Below are positions 17,878 through 25,852 of a stretch of 64,000 nt of DNA, piece after piece. Position 1 is the stretch's first letter. The number at the start of each line of letters is the position of its first letter. The notes beneath the pieces were generated by a model. The model was not told the DNA's origin and ran no database searches. It saw only the letters and a program-made list of their open reading frames with translations. The stretch spans positions 1 to 64,000 of IMG/VR virus record IMGVR_UViG_3300012204_000007; one strand, given 5' to 3'. The position numbers and the translations under genes were made by a program. The stretch is from a virus.

Positions 17878-17948
17878 GCCGGTATGGGATAATGGTAGTC
17901 CGTCTGTCTCGTAAACAGCAAGTTCCTTTTCGACTAAGGATACCGGCT
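17878..17948 (+). tRNA. tRNA-Thr(CGT)
   Basis: loop CTCGTAA. Confidence 0.85.
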
Positions 17949-17996
17949 CGCAAGGCTCGTTCAGTAACCTTGGTTAGCACCTAAAACTGAACATTT

Positions 17997-18070
17997 GCCT
18001 CTGACACCTAACTGGTATGGTACATCTCTTGTAAAGATGAATAGACTCGGTTCGAGACCGGGCAGAGGCT
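17997..18070 (+). tRNA. tRNA-Thr(TGT)
   Basis: loop CTTGTAA. Confidence 0.9.
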
Positions 18071-18268
18071 CGGCATGGGTGCGATAAAAAGCACTTAACA
18101 ATATGCAACGATAGCGGAACGAAAGCAGACGCCTGTGATAAGTCTGCCGGTAGTTGAATTCGGTGTCAACGGAATGAATATCCTAAATAAACATCACAGT
18201 GAATCAAGGGTAGCATCAGGCGGGTTTGCTCCGTCGAACATATTGGTGATAGCAATATCATGCCGCCG

Positions 18269-18339
18269 GTCGCAATAGTATAATGGTAATACGTATTCTT
18301 GGTAAGAATATAATCTGGGTTCAATCCCCAGTTGCGGCT
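18269..18339 (+). tRNA. tRNA-Thr(GGT)
   Basis: loop TTGGTAA. Confidence 0.9.
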
Positions 18340-18341
18340 CT

Positions 18342-18416
18342 GAAAAGATAATGGAAAACGACGGTTCGAGCCCGTGTAAATGGTATCCGGTGAGGTTCGA
18401 TTCCTCAATCTTTTCT
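18342..18416 (+). ncRNA. double-T-arm tRNA-like RNA 2
   Basis: GAAAAGAT/ATCTTTTC enclosing two TTCGA T arms. Confidence 0.6.
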
Positions 18417-18481
18417 TGATGGATTATAGGTGTAGATGCAGCCGACCTATAATTAAATGAAACTGGGTTCGTCCATCGCTT

Positions 18482-18572
18482 TGCTCCGTTGACTTCGCTG
18501 GCTTGGTCGCTGGATTTTGGTTCCAGTATGCCGTAATCATTCGGTACGTAGGTTCGATTCCTACCGGAGCAG
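18482..18572 (+). tRNA. tRNA-Gln(TTG), long variable arm
   Basis: CTGGA-TTTTGGT-TCCAG, 21-nt variable region. Confidence 0.8.
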
Positions 18573-18645
18573 CCCTTGACAAGACTATACCTCTTCTGGT
18601 ATAGTCTTGACTTGTTAATAGACCACCCCAAACGAAGGGAATATC

Positions 18646-19140
18646 ATGATTGAGAAGTATGGAGACCTGTTTGACACTACCGCGACCTATCTGGCACAAG
18701 GCGTTAACGTCAAGGGCGTCATGGGCGCCGGTATTGCAAAGCAGTTCAAGAGTTACTTCCCCAATATGTTTGATGAATATAAAAGGTCATGCGATAACGG
18801 AGAACTAGAGCCTGGCGGTTTTCAGGCTGTGCCTTTATCACGCATTATTGTTGTAAACCTGGCTAGCCAAGAAAAGCCAGGTGCGGACGCCCGGTATCAT
18901 TGGCTGTTTGAGTCGCTTATGCGATTTGCACAGATTGCATCCAAGCCTCATCTGCTAGAGGCTTACGGCGGCACCATCGCTATTCCTGAAATTGGATGTG
19001 GCATCGGTGGCCTCGAATGGCATCGTGTCAAGTACATGCTAGAGTGCATCGAGAAGATGTATCCCGGTATCGAGTTTGAGGTTTGGCACTATGCTCCCAA
19101 GGAGAAGAGTGAAGAGGCTACTAGCACATCTAGTCGGTGA
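18646..19140 (+). CDS. macro domain protein (DarG/TARG1-like)
   Basis: GDLF, VN..GVMGAGIAKQFK, IAIPEIGCGIGGLEW. Confidence 0.9.
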   Translation: MIEKYGDLFDTTATYLAQGVNVKGVMGAGIAKQFKSYFPNMFDEYKRSCDNGELEPGGFQAVPLSRIIVVNLASQEKPGADARYHWLFESLMRFAQIASKPHLLEAYGGTIAIPEIGCGIGGLEWHRVKYMLECIEKMYPGIEFEVWHYAPKEKSEEATSTSSR

Positions 19141-19495
19141 CTATATACTGCAGACTCATTATGAGGCTGTTGCTAAGACTAATAGTTGGCTACCGGCCGC
19201 TACACATGCTGCTAAGTATACCGCAGCCTTTTTGCCTGTTACCAGAAGCCCAAAGGCTCTCGCTGTAATCGGTGGAACGCACATGATAATAGACAGGTTC
19301 AGGTTGACAAAGCGAATCTCTTGGGCGGTCAACCAATTGGCGCCGGTAGAATATAGGTCAACCAAACTAGATAACTGTGGTTATCCAAAGTCTACGCCGC
19401 AAGGTTTAGCAATAGCGCTTATGATTATAGTAGATAATACAACACATATGCTCATCAATGAATGGGCTTTAGACAAATGGGAAGATAATGGTTGA
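19109..19495 (+). CDS. DUF3307-like membrane protein
   Basis: LAHLVGDYILQ, TH.IID, DN..H. Confidence 0.75.
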   Translation: MKRLLAHLVGDYILQTHYEAVAKTNSWLPAATHAAKYTAAFLPVTRSPKALAVIGGTHMIIDRFRLTKRISWAVNQLAPVEYRSTKLDNCGYPKSTPQGLAIALMIIVDNTTHMLINEWALDKWEDNG

Positions 19496-19724
19496 TATGG
19501 TTGCTCTAAGTTTTATGGAGGCGGTGGCCTATGTCGATGATAACGCCTCAGAGTTCGTTATAAGTTCAAAGGGTCTAGACTCTCTTACTGATTTAATGGA
19601 GCATTTATACCATGGCGGTAGTATTGTTGACAATGCCGCCTTTCCAGTACCAGCAGCACAGGTGATGCTTGCGATTATATGGCGTGAGATAAGAAACATA
19701 GTGGTGCAGTACGATGAAATGTAG
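19488..19724 (+). CDS. hypothetical protein
   Basis: overlapping gene chain. Confidence 0.6.
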   Translation: MVDMVALSFMEAVAYVDDNASEFVISSKGLDSLTDLMEHLYHGGSIVDNAAFPVPAAQVMLAIIWREIRNIVVQYDEM

Positions 19725-19995
19725 ATTATATCGTGGTCCGTTCAACGGCAAGATTATTCATGTTGACCCCAGAAGGTTACTATATGGTCGTATTGAGATG
19801 GCGAAGCCGGTAAAGTTCAATGCTCTACAATATGATTTTGATGCACTATCTAGTAACCTGACATTCGAGACAGTTACATACGTAATGAAGAGGATGAATC
19901 TCAATCTCGACGGTGTGACCTATCATGCGCCAGCCATGCATCCAGATGGTAGTCTGTACTTAGAATATGATAAGCCTAGAAGGAGTAAGAAATGA
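19714..19995 (+). CDS. hypothetical protein
   Basis: overlapping gene chain; GPFNG motif. Confidence 0.65.
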   Translation: MKCRLYRGPFNGKIIHVDPRRLLYGRIEMAKPVKFNALQYDFDALSSNLTFETVTYVMKRMNLNLDGVTYHAPAMHPDGSLYLEYDKPRRSKK

Positions 19996-20267
19996 GTTAC
20001 GAAAAGCGACACATGAACGCAGATAGTGATTTGTACCGCGCTGTCTTGTCATATGACTATCAAGAGAACAAGAGTGTTCTTGACCCCACTACCAGAAGAT
20101 ACAATTATTTTCCGGTAGGGCCTGTACAGATTAGAGAATTCATGATTGGTCCATACCTTAGGCTGTCTGATATCAAGACATATATGACGCGCCACCGTAA
20201 CAGGAAGACCAATCTACAATTGGTTAGAGTAGAGAAAGCAACGGCTTGGGAAGAGGTAGAACTATAA
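19992..20267 (+). CDS. hypothetical protein
   Basis: AAGGAG RBS, ATGA overlap. Confidence 0.7.
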   Translation: MSYEKRHMNADSDLYRAVLSYDYQENKSVLDPTTRRYNYFPVGPVQIREFMIGPYLRLSDIKTYMTRHRNRKTNLQLVRVEKATAWEEVEL

Positions 20268-20815
20268 TGTGGAAGTGGAGTGACCTTAAGCGTATATTGC
20301 TGCGCAAGGCGGTGAGTGATACCGCCGAACTCGGTGCTGTTATGTGGCCGGTAGTATATCCAGATATGGGTGATGGCTACAATCCCAAAGACCCACATGT
20401 CACAATCGTTATTTTTAGAGATATCAACAATGAGAACCTTGGTTTTACCAAGGAAGACGTAATTGATGTCATCCAGACAACGGAGCACAATGTGATGTTA
20501 TGGCTTAAGCCTGACGGTATTGAGTGGTTTGGAGCAGACAAGGACGTTCCCGTTCTGCGTGTGAAACATGACTATCTCTATGTATATCATACCGCCATCA
20601 TCAAGGCGCTCGCAGAGCGTGGTATTCCAGTTGACATGACCTTTCCTGAATACAAGCCGCATGTTACCATTACCGATGCAGCAGCGTTAGATGGTGTGAT
20701 TCCAGACCGCATGATTGCTGGGCCGGTGGAACTGTGGTGGGGCGACGAGCATTTCACTGTCCCAGACGATGTCAAGAACATGAAAATTGCTTTGAATAAG
20801 GACGGCAGCCTCTAG
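20267..20815 (+). CDS. 2H phosphoesterase (2'-5' RNA ligase/Acb1-like)
   Basis: two HxT motifs: PHVTI and YKPHVTI. Confidence 0.85.
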   Translation: MWKWSDLKRILLRKAVSDTAELGAVMWPVVYPDMGDGYNPKDPHVTIVIFRDINNENLGFTKEDVIDVIQTTEHNVMLWLKPDGIEWFGADKDVPVLRVKHDYLYVYHTAIIKALAERGIPVDMTFPEYKPHVTITDAAALDGVIPDRMIAGPVELWWGDEHFTVPDDVKNMKIALNKDGSL

Positions 20816-21097
20816 TGGTGGTTGATAAAGTCTGGGTAAAAGATTATTCAGCCTTTGGTGTGTATTGTTATGCAGTAATGGTAGATGGTAAGAGATATGA
20901 TGTTTTTACAAGTACGAAGCCAGTTACGCTATCAGAGCAAATAGATATTGCAGCGGGGTACAAAGAAGGTCTTGACGTATCCCGCCCGGTATGATACTGT
21001 GGTCACATGAAGACACTAGTAGCAAATGACGACAAGGAGCGCCGCCTCACCTATGCTGAGGCGCGAGCCATTCTAGTAAAACTAGGAGTGATTAAGA

Positions 21098-21304
21098 ATG
21101 GACCTGAACGATAAAGCCGCACATGAAATGGCTATCGAGGCTCTTGAAGACTTGCTTGCCGAACTACCGGCCGAGTTTTCCTTCTTCCCTCCCGATGAGA
21201 TTGAGCCTCGTAACGAGTTTCGCGTAATCAAGCAGAGCAACGTACGCGCGGTACACGAGGCTCTTTGGCAACTACAACTTTACTTCGGACTACAGGAGAA
21301 CTAA
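21098..21304 (+). CDS. hypothetical protein
   Basis: AGGAG RBS. Confidence 0.65.
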   Translation: MDLNDKAAHEMAIEALEDLLAELPAEFSFFPPDEIEPRNEFRVIKQSNVRAVHEALWQLQLYFGLQEN

Positions 21305-21332
21305 TGCGTTGGCAACTGATTAAAGAGGGAAA

Positions 21333-21701
21333 ATGGTAATGTCTAAATCATATGACCTATACCGCGACTGTCACAATATCGCACATGCAATCGTGAGGCA
21401 GTCAAAGGGCCTTGGCTTTAGTACATTCGATGTGAAGAAACTCCATGCTGATATAGGTGTCGCTGCCGGTATTGCAAAGATTGCCGAAGAATACTGGGGT
21501 GCCATGCATCGTAAAGCCGCTGCTAATGAGCGTCTTAATGCTGCCAAATTGCTTGGAGTGGATAATTTCAAGCAGTATACCAGGGAGTTAGAAAAAGCAG
21601 ACTTGGAAGAGAAGTGTTGCATCGACGCATTGCGGGCGGTAGTAGATAGTGGTCTCTACTTCAAGGACTATTATGGAAATTGGAGGATAAAGAATGACTA
21701 A
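21333..21701 (+). CDS. hypothetical protein
   Basis: 122 aa ORF in operon. Confidence 0.7.
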   Translation: MVMSKSYDLYRDCHNIAHAIVRQSKGLGFSTFDVKKLHADIGVAAGIAKIAEEYWGAMHRKAAANERLNAAKLLGVDNFKQYTRELEKADLEEKCCIDALRAVVDSGLYFKDYYGNWRIKND

Positions 21702-22086
21702 GCACATCCATGACTTTGCTGAGTATCCGGTAGTTACTTGGTTTGCTGCTAAAGAGAATGCCGACAGTACCGAAGGTAGAGGACCCATGGTAACAGTTGG
21801 CATCTTTACTATTAAAGATGATGCCTACAAGGCAATTAAGGGTCACGCCACTATGGGCCAAGGTGACGGTGATGTGTATTTGCTTCAATATTGGTCTTGT
21901 ATGGGATGCTCCTTAATCAAAGAGGAAGAGACCATAATCTATCACGGTAGCAACTATACTCAAAAGAATACCATTCCTATGATGCGAGACTTTGCATTGG
22001 ACGGTTGGAGAAAAGACTTTAGCCCGATGTTTCAAGACCCAGAGTATGTTGAATATGTCCGTCTAAAGGATAAATTTAAGCGATAG
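21694..22086 (+). CDS. hypothetical protein
   Basis: GGAGG RBS; D.TEGRGP motif. Confidence 0.75.
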   Translation: MTKHIHDFAEYPVVTWFAAKENADSTEGRGPMVTVGIFTIKDDAYKAIKGHATMGQGDGDVYLLQYWSCMGCSLIKEEETIIYHGSNYTQKNTIPMMRDFALDGWRKDFSPMFQDPEYVEYVRLKDKFKR

Positions 22087-22153
22087 AAAGACTTTTGACT
22101 TGCACACAACTCTAGTGTAGGATGGTACTCACATGATACAAGAAGGAAGCAGC

Positions 22154-22291
22154 ATGAACTTGTACAGAGTCTATATACAAGTTCCAGCAGATGTATCGTT
22201 GCAGGAGGTCATCAACGCCGGACTATCGGTTCTTGGATATGGACTCGATGACGAACTGGTAATCAACTATTTAGGAGCGCACGATGGATGA
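22154..22291 (+). CDS. 45-aa protein, tandem paralog A
   Basis: MNLYRVYIQVPADVSLQEVINAGLSVLGY... Confidence 0.7.
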   Translation: MNLYRVYIQVPADVSLQEVINAGLSVLGYGLDDELVINYLGAHDG

Positions 22292-22421
22292 GTATACGGT
22301 ATATGTAAATATTCCAGAGGATGTTTCTCTACGGGAAGTTATCAATGCCGGGTTGCTGGCGTTGGGATACGAAGTCGATGATGAGTTGGAAACCAATTTC
22401 GTAGATAACTGTCCTAGTTAG
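22284..22421 (+). CDS. 45-aa protein, tandem paralog B
   Basis: MDEYTVYVNIPEDVSLREVINAGLLALGY... Confidence 0.7.
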   Translation: MDEYTVYVNIPEDVSLREVINAGLLALGYEVDDELETNFVDNCPS

Positions 22422-22429
22422 GAAAAATA

Positions 22430-22624
22430 ATGACAAACAAGCAGATTAACAGAGAGTTGAAGTCTTGGGCTAGCATTCGGCAAGACTGGATTGACAGACT
22501 TGTAAAGCAGCCCAGCAACAATCAGGCTTGTTTGCACATTATTCAAATCAACTCCAAGATGGAAATGCTTAGGTGCCAGTGGAACTGGAACGACGAATTG
22601 GTTGAAATGGAGGTCGTATCGTAA
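22430..22624 (+). CDS. hypothetical protein
   Basis: TAATG coupling to next gene. Confidence 0.6.
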   Translation: MTNKQINRELKSWASIRQDWIDRLVKQPSNNQACLHIIQINSKMEMLRCQWNWNDELVEMEVVS

Positions 22625-23358
22625 TGAAGATGTTTCAAGTAGGCGGGTTCGTCCGAGACGAACTGCTTGGTGTAAAGTCAAAAGATATTGACTTCTCCGT
22701 TGTGTTGGATACCGACGAGCACCAGCGCTTCAATCACGTAGACCCCTTTAAGTACATGGTTAGGGTGCTGGAAAATGAAGGTTTTGAGATTTTCCTTGAG
22801 AAGCCTGAATTTCTTACTGTTACCGCTCGCTTTCCCAAGAGCGCCGGTAAGGCCGTAACCGCCGACTTTGTATTGGCTCGCAAAGAATCTGGTTACACAG
22901 ACGGACGCAGGCCCGACAAGGTCGAGCCCGGTACTCTTCTAGACGACCTGTCAAGACGTGACTTCCGTATGAATGCTATCGCCAAGGACTCCGATGGTAC
23001 TCTCATCGACCCGTTTAATGGTGTGGGCGACATTGAGGCTCGCATTATCAGGGCTGTCGGAGACCCGATGGAGAGGCTTACAGAGGACGCTCTGCGCGCG
23101 GTACGTGCTCTTAGGTTTTCTGTGACCAAGGGGTTCATCATTGATGTGCAACTGACCAACGCACTTCACTCTACCGATGTTGCTATTATGCTAGAGCGTA
23201 TCAGCGACGAGCGTATCCAGCAGGAACTGTCAAAGATGTTCAGATACAATACGACAGCAAGCATCAGGCTCCTTAATGCATTTCCTAAGTTGACCAGTGC
23301 AATCTTCTCTGGTAGTGTGTCGCTTGATGCAACGATGAAGACGAAGGGTAGAGGTTAA
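22624..23358 (+). CDS. cca: tRNA nucleotidyltransferase (class II CCA-adding enzyme)
   Basis: VGGFVRD..KDIDF, DLSRRDFRMNAIA, EDALRAVRALRF, ERIQQEL. Confidence 0.9.
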   Translation: MKMFQVGGFVRDELLGVKSKDIDFSVVLDTDEHQRFNHVDPFKYMVRVLENEGFEIFLEKPEFLTVTARFPKSAGKAVTADFVLARKESGYTDGRRPDKVEPGTLLDDLSRRDFRMNAIAKDSDGTLIDPFNGVGDIEARIIRAVGDPMERLTEDALRAVRALRFSVTKGFIIDVQLTNALHSTDVAIMLERISDERIQQELSKMFRYNTTASIRLLNAFPKLTSAIFSGSVSLDATMKTKGRG

Positions 23359-23567
23359 TGGGAAAGAAATTGAGACCGGTAAGCCAAAGGCAATATGCAG
23401 AAGTGTGGGCCATCGATGGCGAGGGTCTGATTGCTGTTAAGCAAGAGGATGGGGCTTTTGAAGTTTATCTATTGGCCTCATCATTCGATGGCACACTAAT
23501 GGAGTCTAGAGTCCGCGAGTTTGCAACAGATATGAAGTTGCAGATTCTTCATGCGAAGGGGCAGTAA
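23358..23567 (+). CDS. hypothetical protein
   Basis: TAATG coupling both sides. Confidence 0.65.
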   Translation: MGKKLRPVSQRQYAEVWAIDGEGLIAVKQEDGAFEVYLLASSFDGTLMESRVREFATDMKLQILHAKGQ

Positions 23568-24163
23568 TGATTTGGTTTACATCAGACACACACCTCTCTC
23601 ATAAGAATATAATCAAATATTGTGACCGTCCCTTCGATGACACAGACCACATGGATGAGACAATCATCGAGAACTGGAACTCTGTCGTCAAGCCAGAGGA
23701 CACGGTATACCATCTAGGTGACATTGCACTTGGTCCTATTAGCGAGAGTCTGGCCAAGGTGGCGAGGCTGAACGGTCACAAGATTGCTATTCTTGGCAAC
23801 CACGACCGACCGTTCATGCGCGCCGGTAAGCCGGACGAGCAAAAGTGGTGGGATATGTACGCCGAGGTATTTCAAAAGGTTGTTCATTGGCGAGGTATGC
23901 TTGTTGATATCGGACCAAATCTGGATACCGTCAAGGTTAGTCATTTCCCTTACGAGGGAGACCACACTGAAATTGACCGGTATGCAGATGTGCGGCCTCA
24001 TGATATTGGTACATCACTGATTCATGGTCACACGCACGGCAGTGAGACTCTAACACACTCCAAGCGTGGCACACCTATGTACCACGTCGGCGTCGATGCT
24101 CATAATTATGAACCAGTTTCAGAGACCAAGATTCTCAAGGCTCTGGGGCTTGACAAGCAGTAG
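23567..24163 (+). CDS. calcineurin-like metallophosphoesterase
   Basis: SDTH, LGD, GNHD, HGHTH. Confidence 0.9.
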   Translation: MIWFTSDTHLSHKNIIKYCDRPFDDTDHMDETIIENWNSVVKPEDTVYHLGDIALGPISESLAKVARLNGHKIAILGNHDRPFMRAGKPDEQKWWDMYAEVFQKVVHWRGMLVDIGPNLDTVKVSHFPYEGDHTEIDRYADVRPHDIGTSLIHGHTHGSETLTHSKRGTPMYHVGVDAHNYEPVSETKILKALGLDKQ

Positions 24164-24227
24164 TTGAAGGTGTATAGTTGTACTTGTTGGTGGCGGTATT
24201 GCTTCAAGTGAGAAGTCACCAACATTT

Positions 24228-24308
24228 GCCTCTGTGGCGCAATGGTTGACGCGCGTGCCTTAGGAGCACGTTTCTTCGGATATGCTGGTTCGAATCCAGT
24301 CAGGGGCA
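24228..24308 (+). tRNA. tRNA-Leu(TAG)
   Basis: loop CTTAGGA, variable arm, A73. Confidence 0.9.
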
Positions 24309-24402
24309 CTGCTACATAGTAGCAAATGGGATAAAACTTTTCCGACCGCGAGCCGGTACATAAAGGTATCGTTAACTGTAGCGGTATAGAAAACACAGGC
24401 AT

Positions 24403-24475
24403 GGTTCTATAGGCAATGGCAGACCACAAATACTCAAAATATTTGATGCTATGGGTTCGAATCCCATTAGAACTA
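24403..24475 (+). tRNA. tRNA-Leu(CAA), short variable loop
   Basis: CAAATA-CTCAAAA-TATTTG. Confidence 0.8.
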
Positions 24476-24690
24476 CGTTTTATTACAACTACAGTAGGGA
24501 AACCATATGAAGCGCGAAGCGCTAAGGTTGATATGGCTAGAGTTAACTGATAGAGTTTTTAGAGTAGGTTGTTACAGTAAGAATTGATTGTCCCGGACTG
24601 AACTCATAATTCAGGTAAAGGAAAGTCCCCTGGCAGGGGCGACAAACATAGTTTATGTTGATGCCAGTCAAGTAGACTGTGTTTGTTTAT

Positions 24691-24764
24691 GCCTGTGTAT
24701 CCCAGCGGCTAGAGGAATTCGACTTAAAATCGAAGTGTCGTGGGTTCGAATCCCACCACAGGTA
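24691..24764 (+). tRNA. tRNA-Leu(TAA), short variable loop
   Basis: TTCGA-CTTAAAA-TCGAA. Confidence 0.85.
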
Positions 24765-24855
24765 CGGTAATAATAGGACGAAAGACTAGTCATCGAGGTA
24801 TGGCGTATAGACTGTACGCCTTGGACGCTTATGAGACGCCCAGCAAATTTACCTC

Positions 24856-24941
24856 AGTTATAATTACCGTAGTTTAAATTCGGAAAATGGGTGGCACACA
24901 CGCTGCCGGACGCAGGGACGAGACCTGCCGGTATTATAACT
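24856..24941 (+). ncRNA. aberrant tRNA-like RNA
   Basis: extended acceptor helix, D arm, GGTGGC-ACACAC-GCTGCC, GCAGG-GACGAGA-CCTGC. Confidence 0.5.
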
Positions 24942-24945
24942 TCAA

Positions 24946-25017
24946 GCGCCATTCGTCTACCGGTTAGGGCCGCTGTCTTATTAACAGCAGAAGTGGGTTC
25001 AACTCCTACATGGCGTA
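24946..25017 (+). tRNA. tRNA with TAT anticodon (Ile) on a Glu-like body
   Basis: GCTGT-CTTATTA-ACAGC; body resembles tRNA-Glu at 10167. Confidence 0.7.
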
Positions 25018-25073
25018 CACAATATAGTCATTTATAACTAGACTTAGAAGGGTCTACATGGTACAATCGGGCT

Positions 25074-25481
25074 ATGAACAGGCTAAAAAGATACATAATA
25101 GATGGTTCAGAGTTCCTATTGGCATTCTTATTCATTCAAGGCGGTATCAGGGTCTTGGGTCTAGATGAGTTGCCTGACGTACCGGGCTTTCTCGGATATT
25201 TAGCCAGCCAATATGCTATATATTTCTATGGAATTCTGTGGATTCTCGCCGGTATTGGACTTGTATATGGTAAAGCATGTCAAAAGAAAGCAATTCACGG
25301 CTGGTCACTAATGATTATGTATCTTTCCTGCGTATATGTCCTTGTTCTTGGCATGGCTATTAATGGAATCCATTGGCGCATGCTTACAACGTTGGGTGTC
25401 TCATTCTTGTCTGGTGGACTATATCTACGTTGGAAATATAGAAATTATGTACCCAAGGAAGATGAAACTACCGGGGCGTAG
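25074..25481 (+). CDS. four-TM membrane protein
   Basis: four hydrophobic helices; leaderless behind TACAAT. Confidence 0.75.
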   Translation: MNRLKRYIIDGSEFLLAFLFIQGGIRVLGLDELPDVPGFLGYLASQYAIYFYGILWILAGIGLVYGKACQKKAIHGWSLMIMYLSCVYVLVLGMAINGIHWRMLTTLGVSFLSGGLYLRWKYRNYVPKEDETTGA

Positions 25482-25540
25482 TCGCAGTTTGCTAAACTGT
25501 TGGGTCCGAAAGGGCTGGGAATCGTGCTCTCCGTCTTCCG
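25457..25540 (+). tRNA. tRNA-Ser(GCT), atypical T arm
   Basis: GGAAGAT/GTCTTCC G73, GCAGT-TTGCTAA-ACTGT, long variable arm. Confidence 0.7.
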
Positions 25541-25569
25541 CTTAACAACAACTATAGTAAAGGATAATT

Positions 25570-25842
25570 ATGGCTGAAAATACTAACACTACCCGTGGCG
25601 GTATGGGATTTATCGGTTGGCTCACAATCTTGTTTGTCTTTCTAAAGTTGAACCCAGGCGATAACTTCACTACAGCGATTGCAGATTGGTCATGGTGGTG
25701 GGTACTCTCACCTTTGTGGATTACTACCGCCTTGGGCATTGTCGTTCTAGTGGTCGCTCTAGTAGTTGCGCTGGTCATAGACAATCGTCGTCGCAAGAAA
25801 GCCAGGGCTAAATCGGCCGCTCGTCGTAATAGACTAAATTAA
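25570..25842 (+). CDS. small membrane protein
   Basis: GF.G.LTI.F..LKL..I.DWSWWWVLSPLW phage motif. Confidence 0.8.
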   Translation: MAENTNTTRGGMGFIGWLTILFVFLKLNPGDNFTTAIADWSWWWVLSPLWITTALGIVVLVVALVVALVIDNRRRKKARAKSAARRNRLN

Positions 25843-25852
25843 GGAACTAAAC

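Noticed and set aside
3364-18699. Many minus-strand ORFs across the tRNA array (e.g. 4919-5302, 5290-5628, 17566-17877, 18194-18631)
   Set aside because: Antisense shadows of tRNAs (GFEP, GVEP, RIRT translations of T arms)
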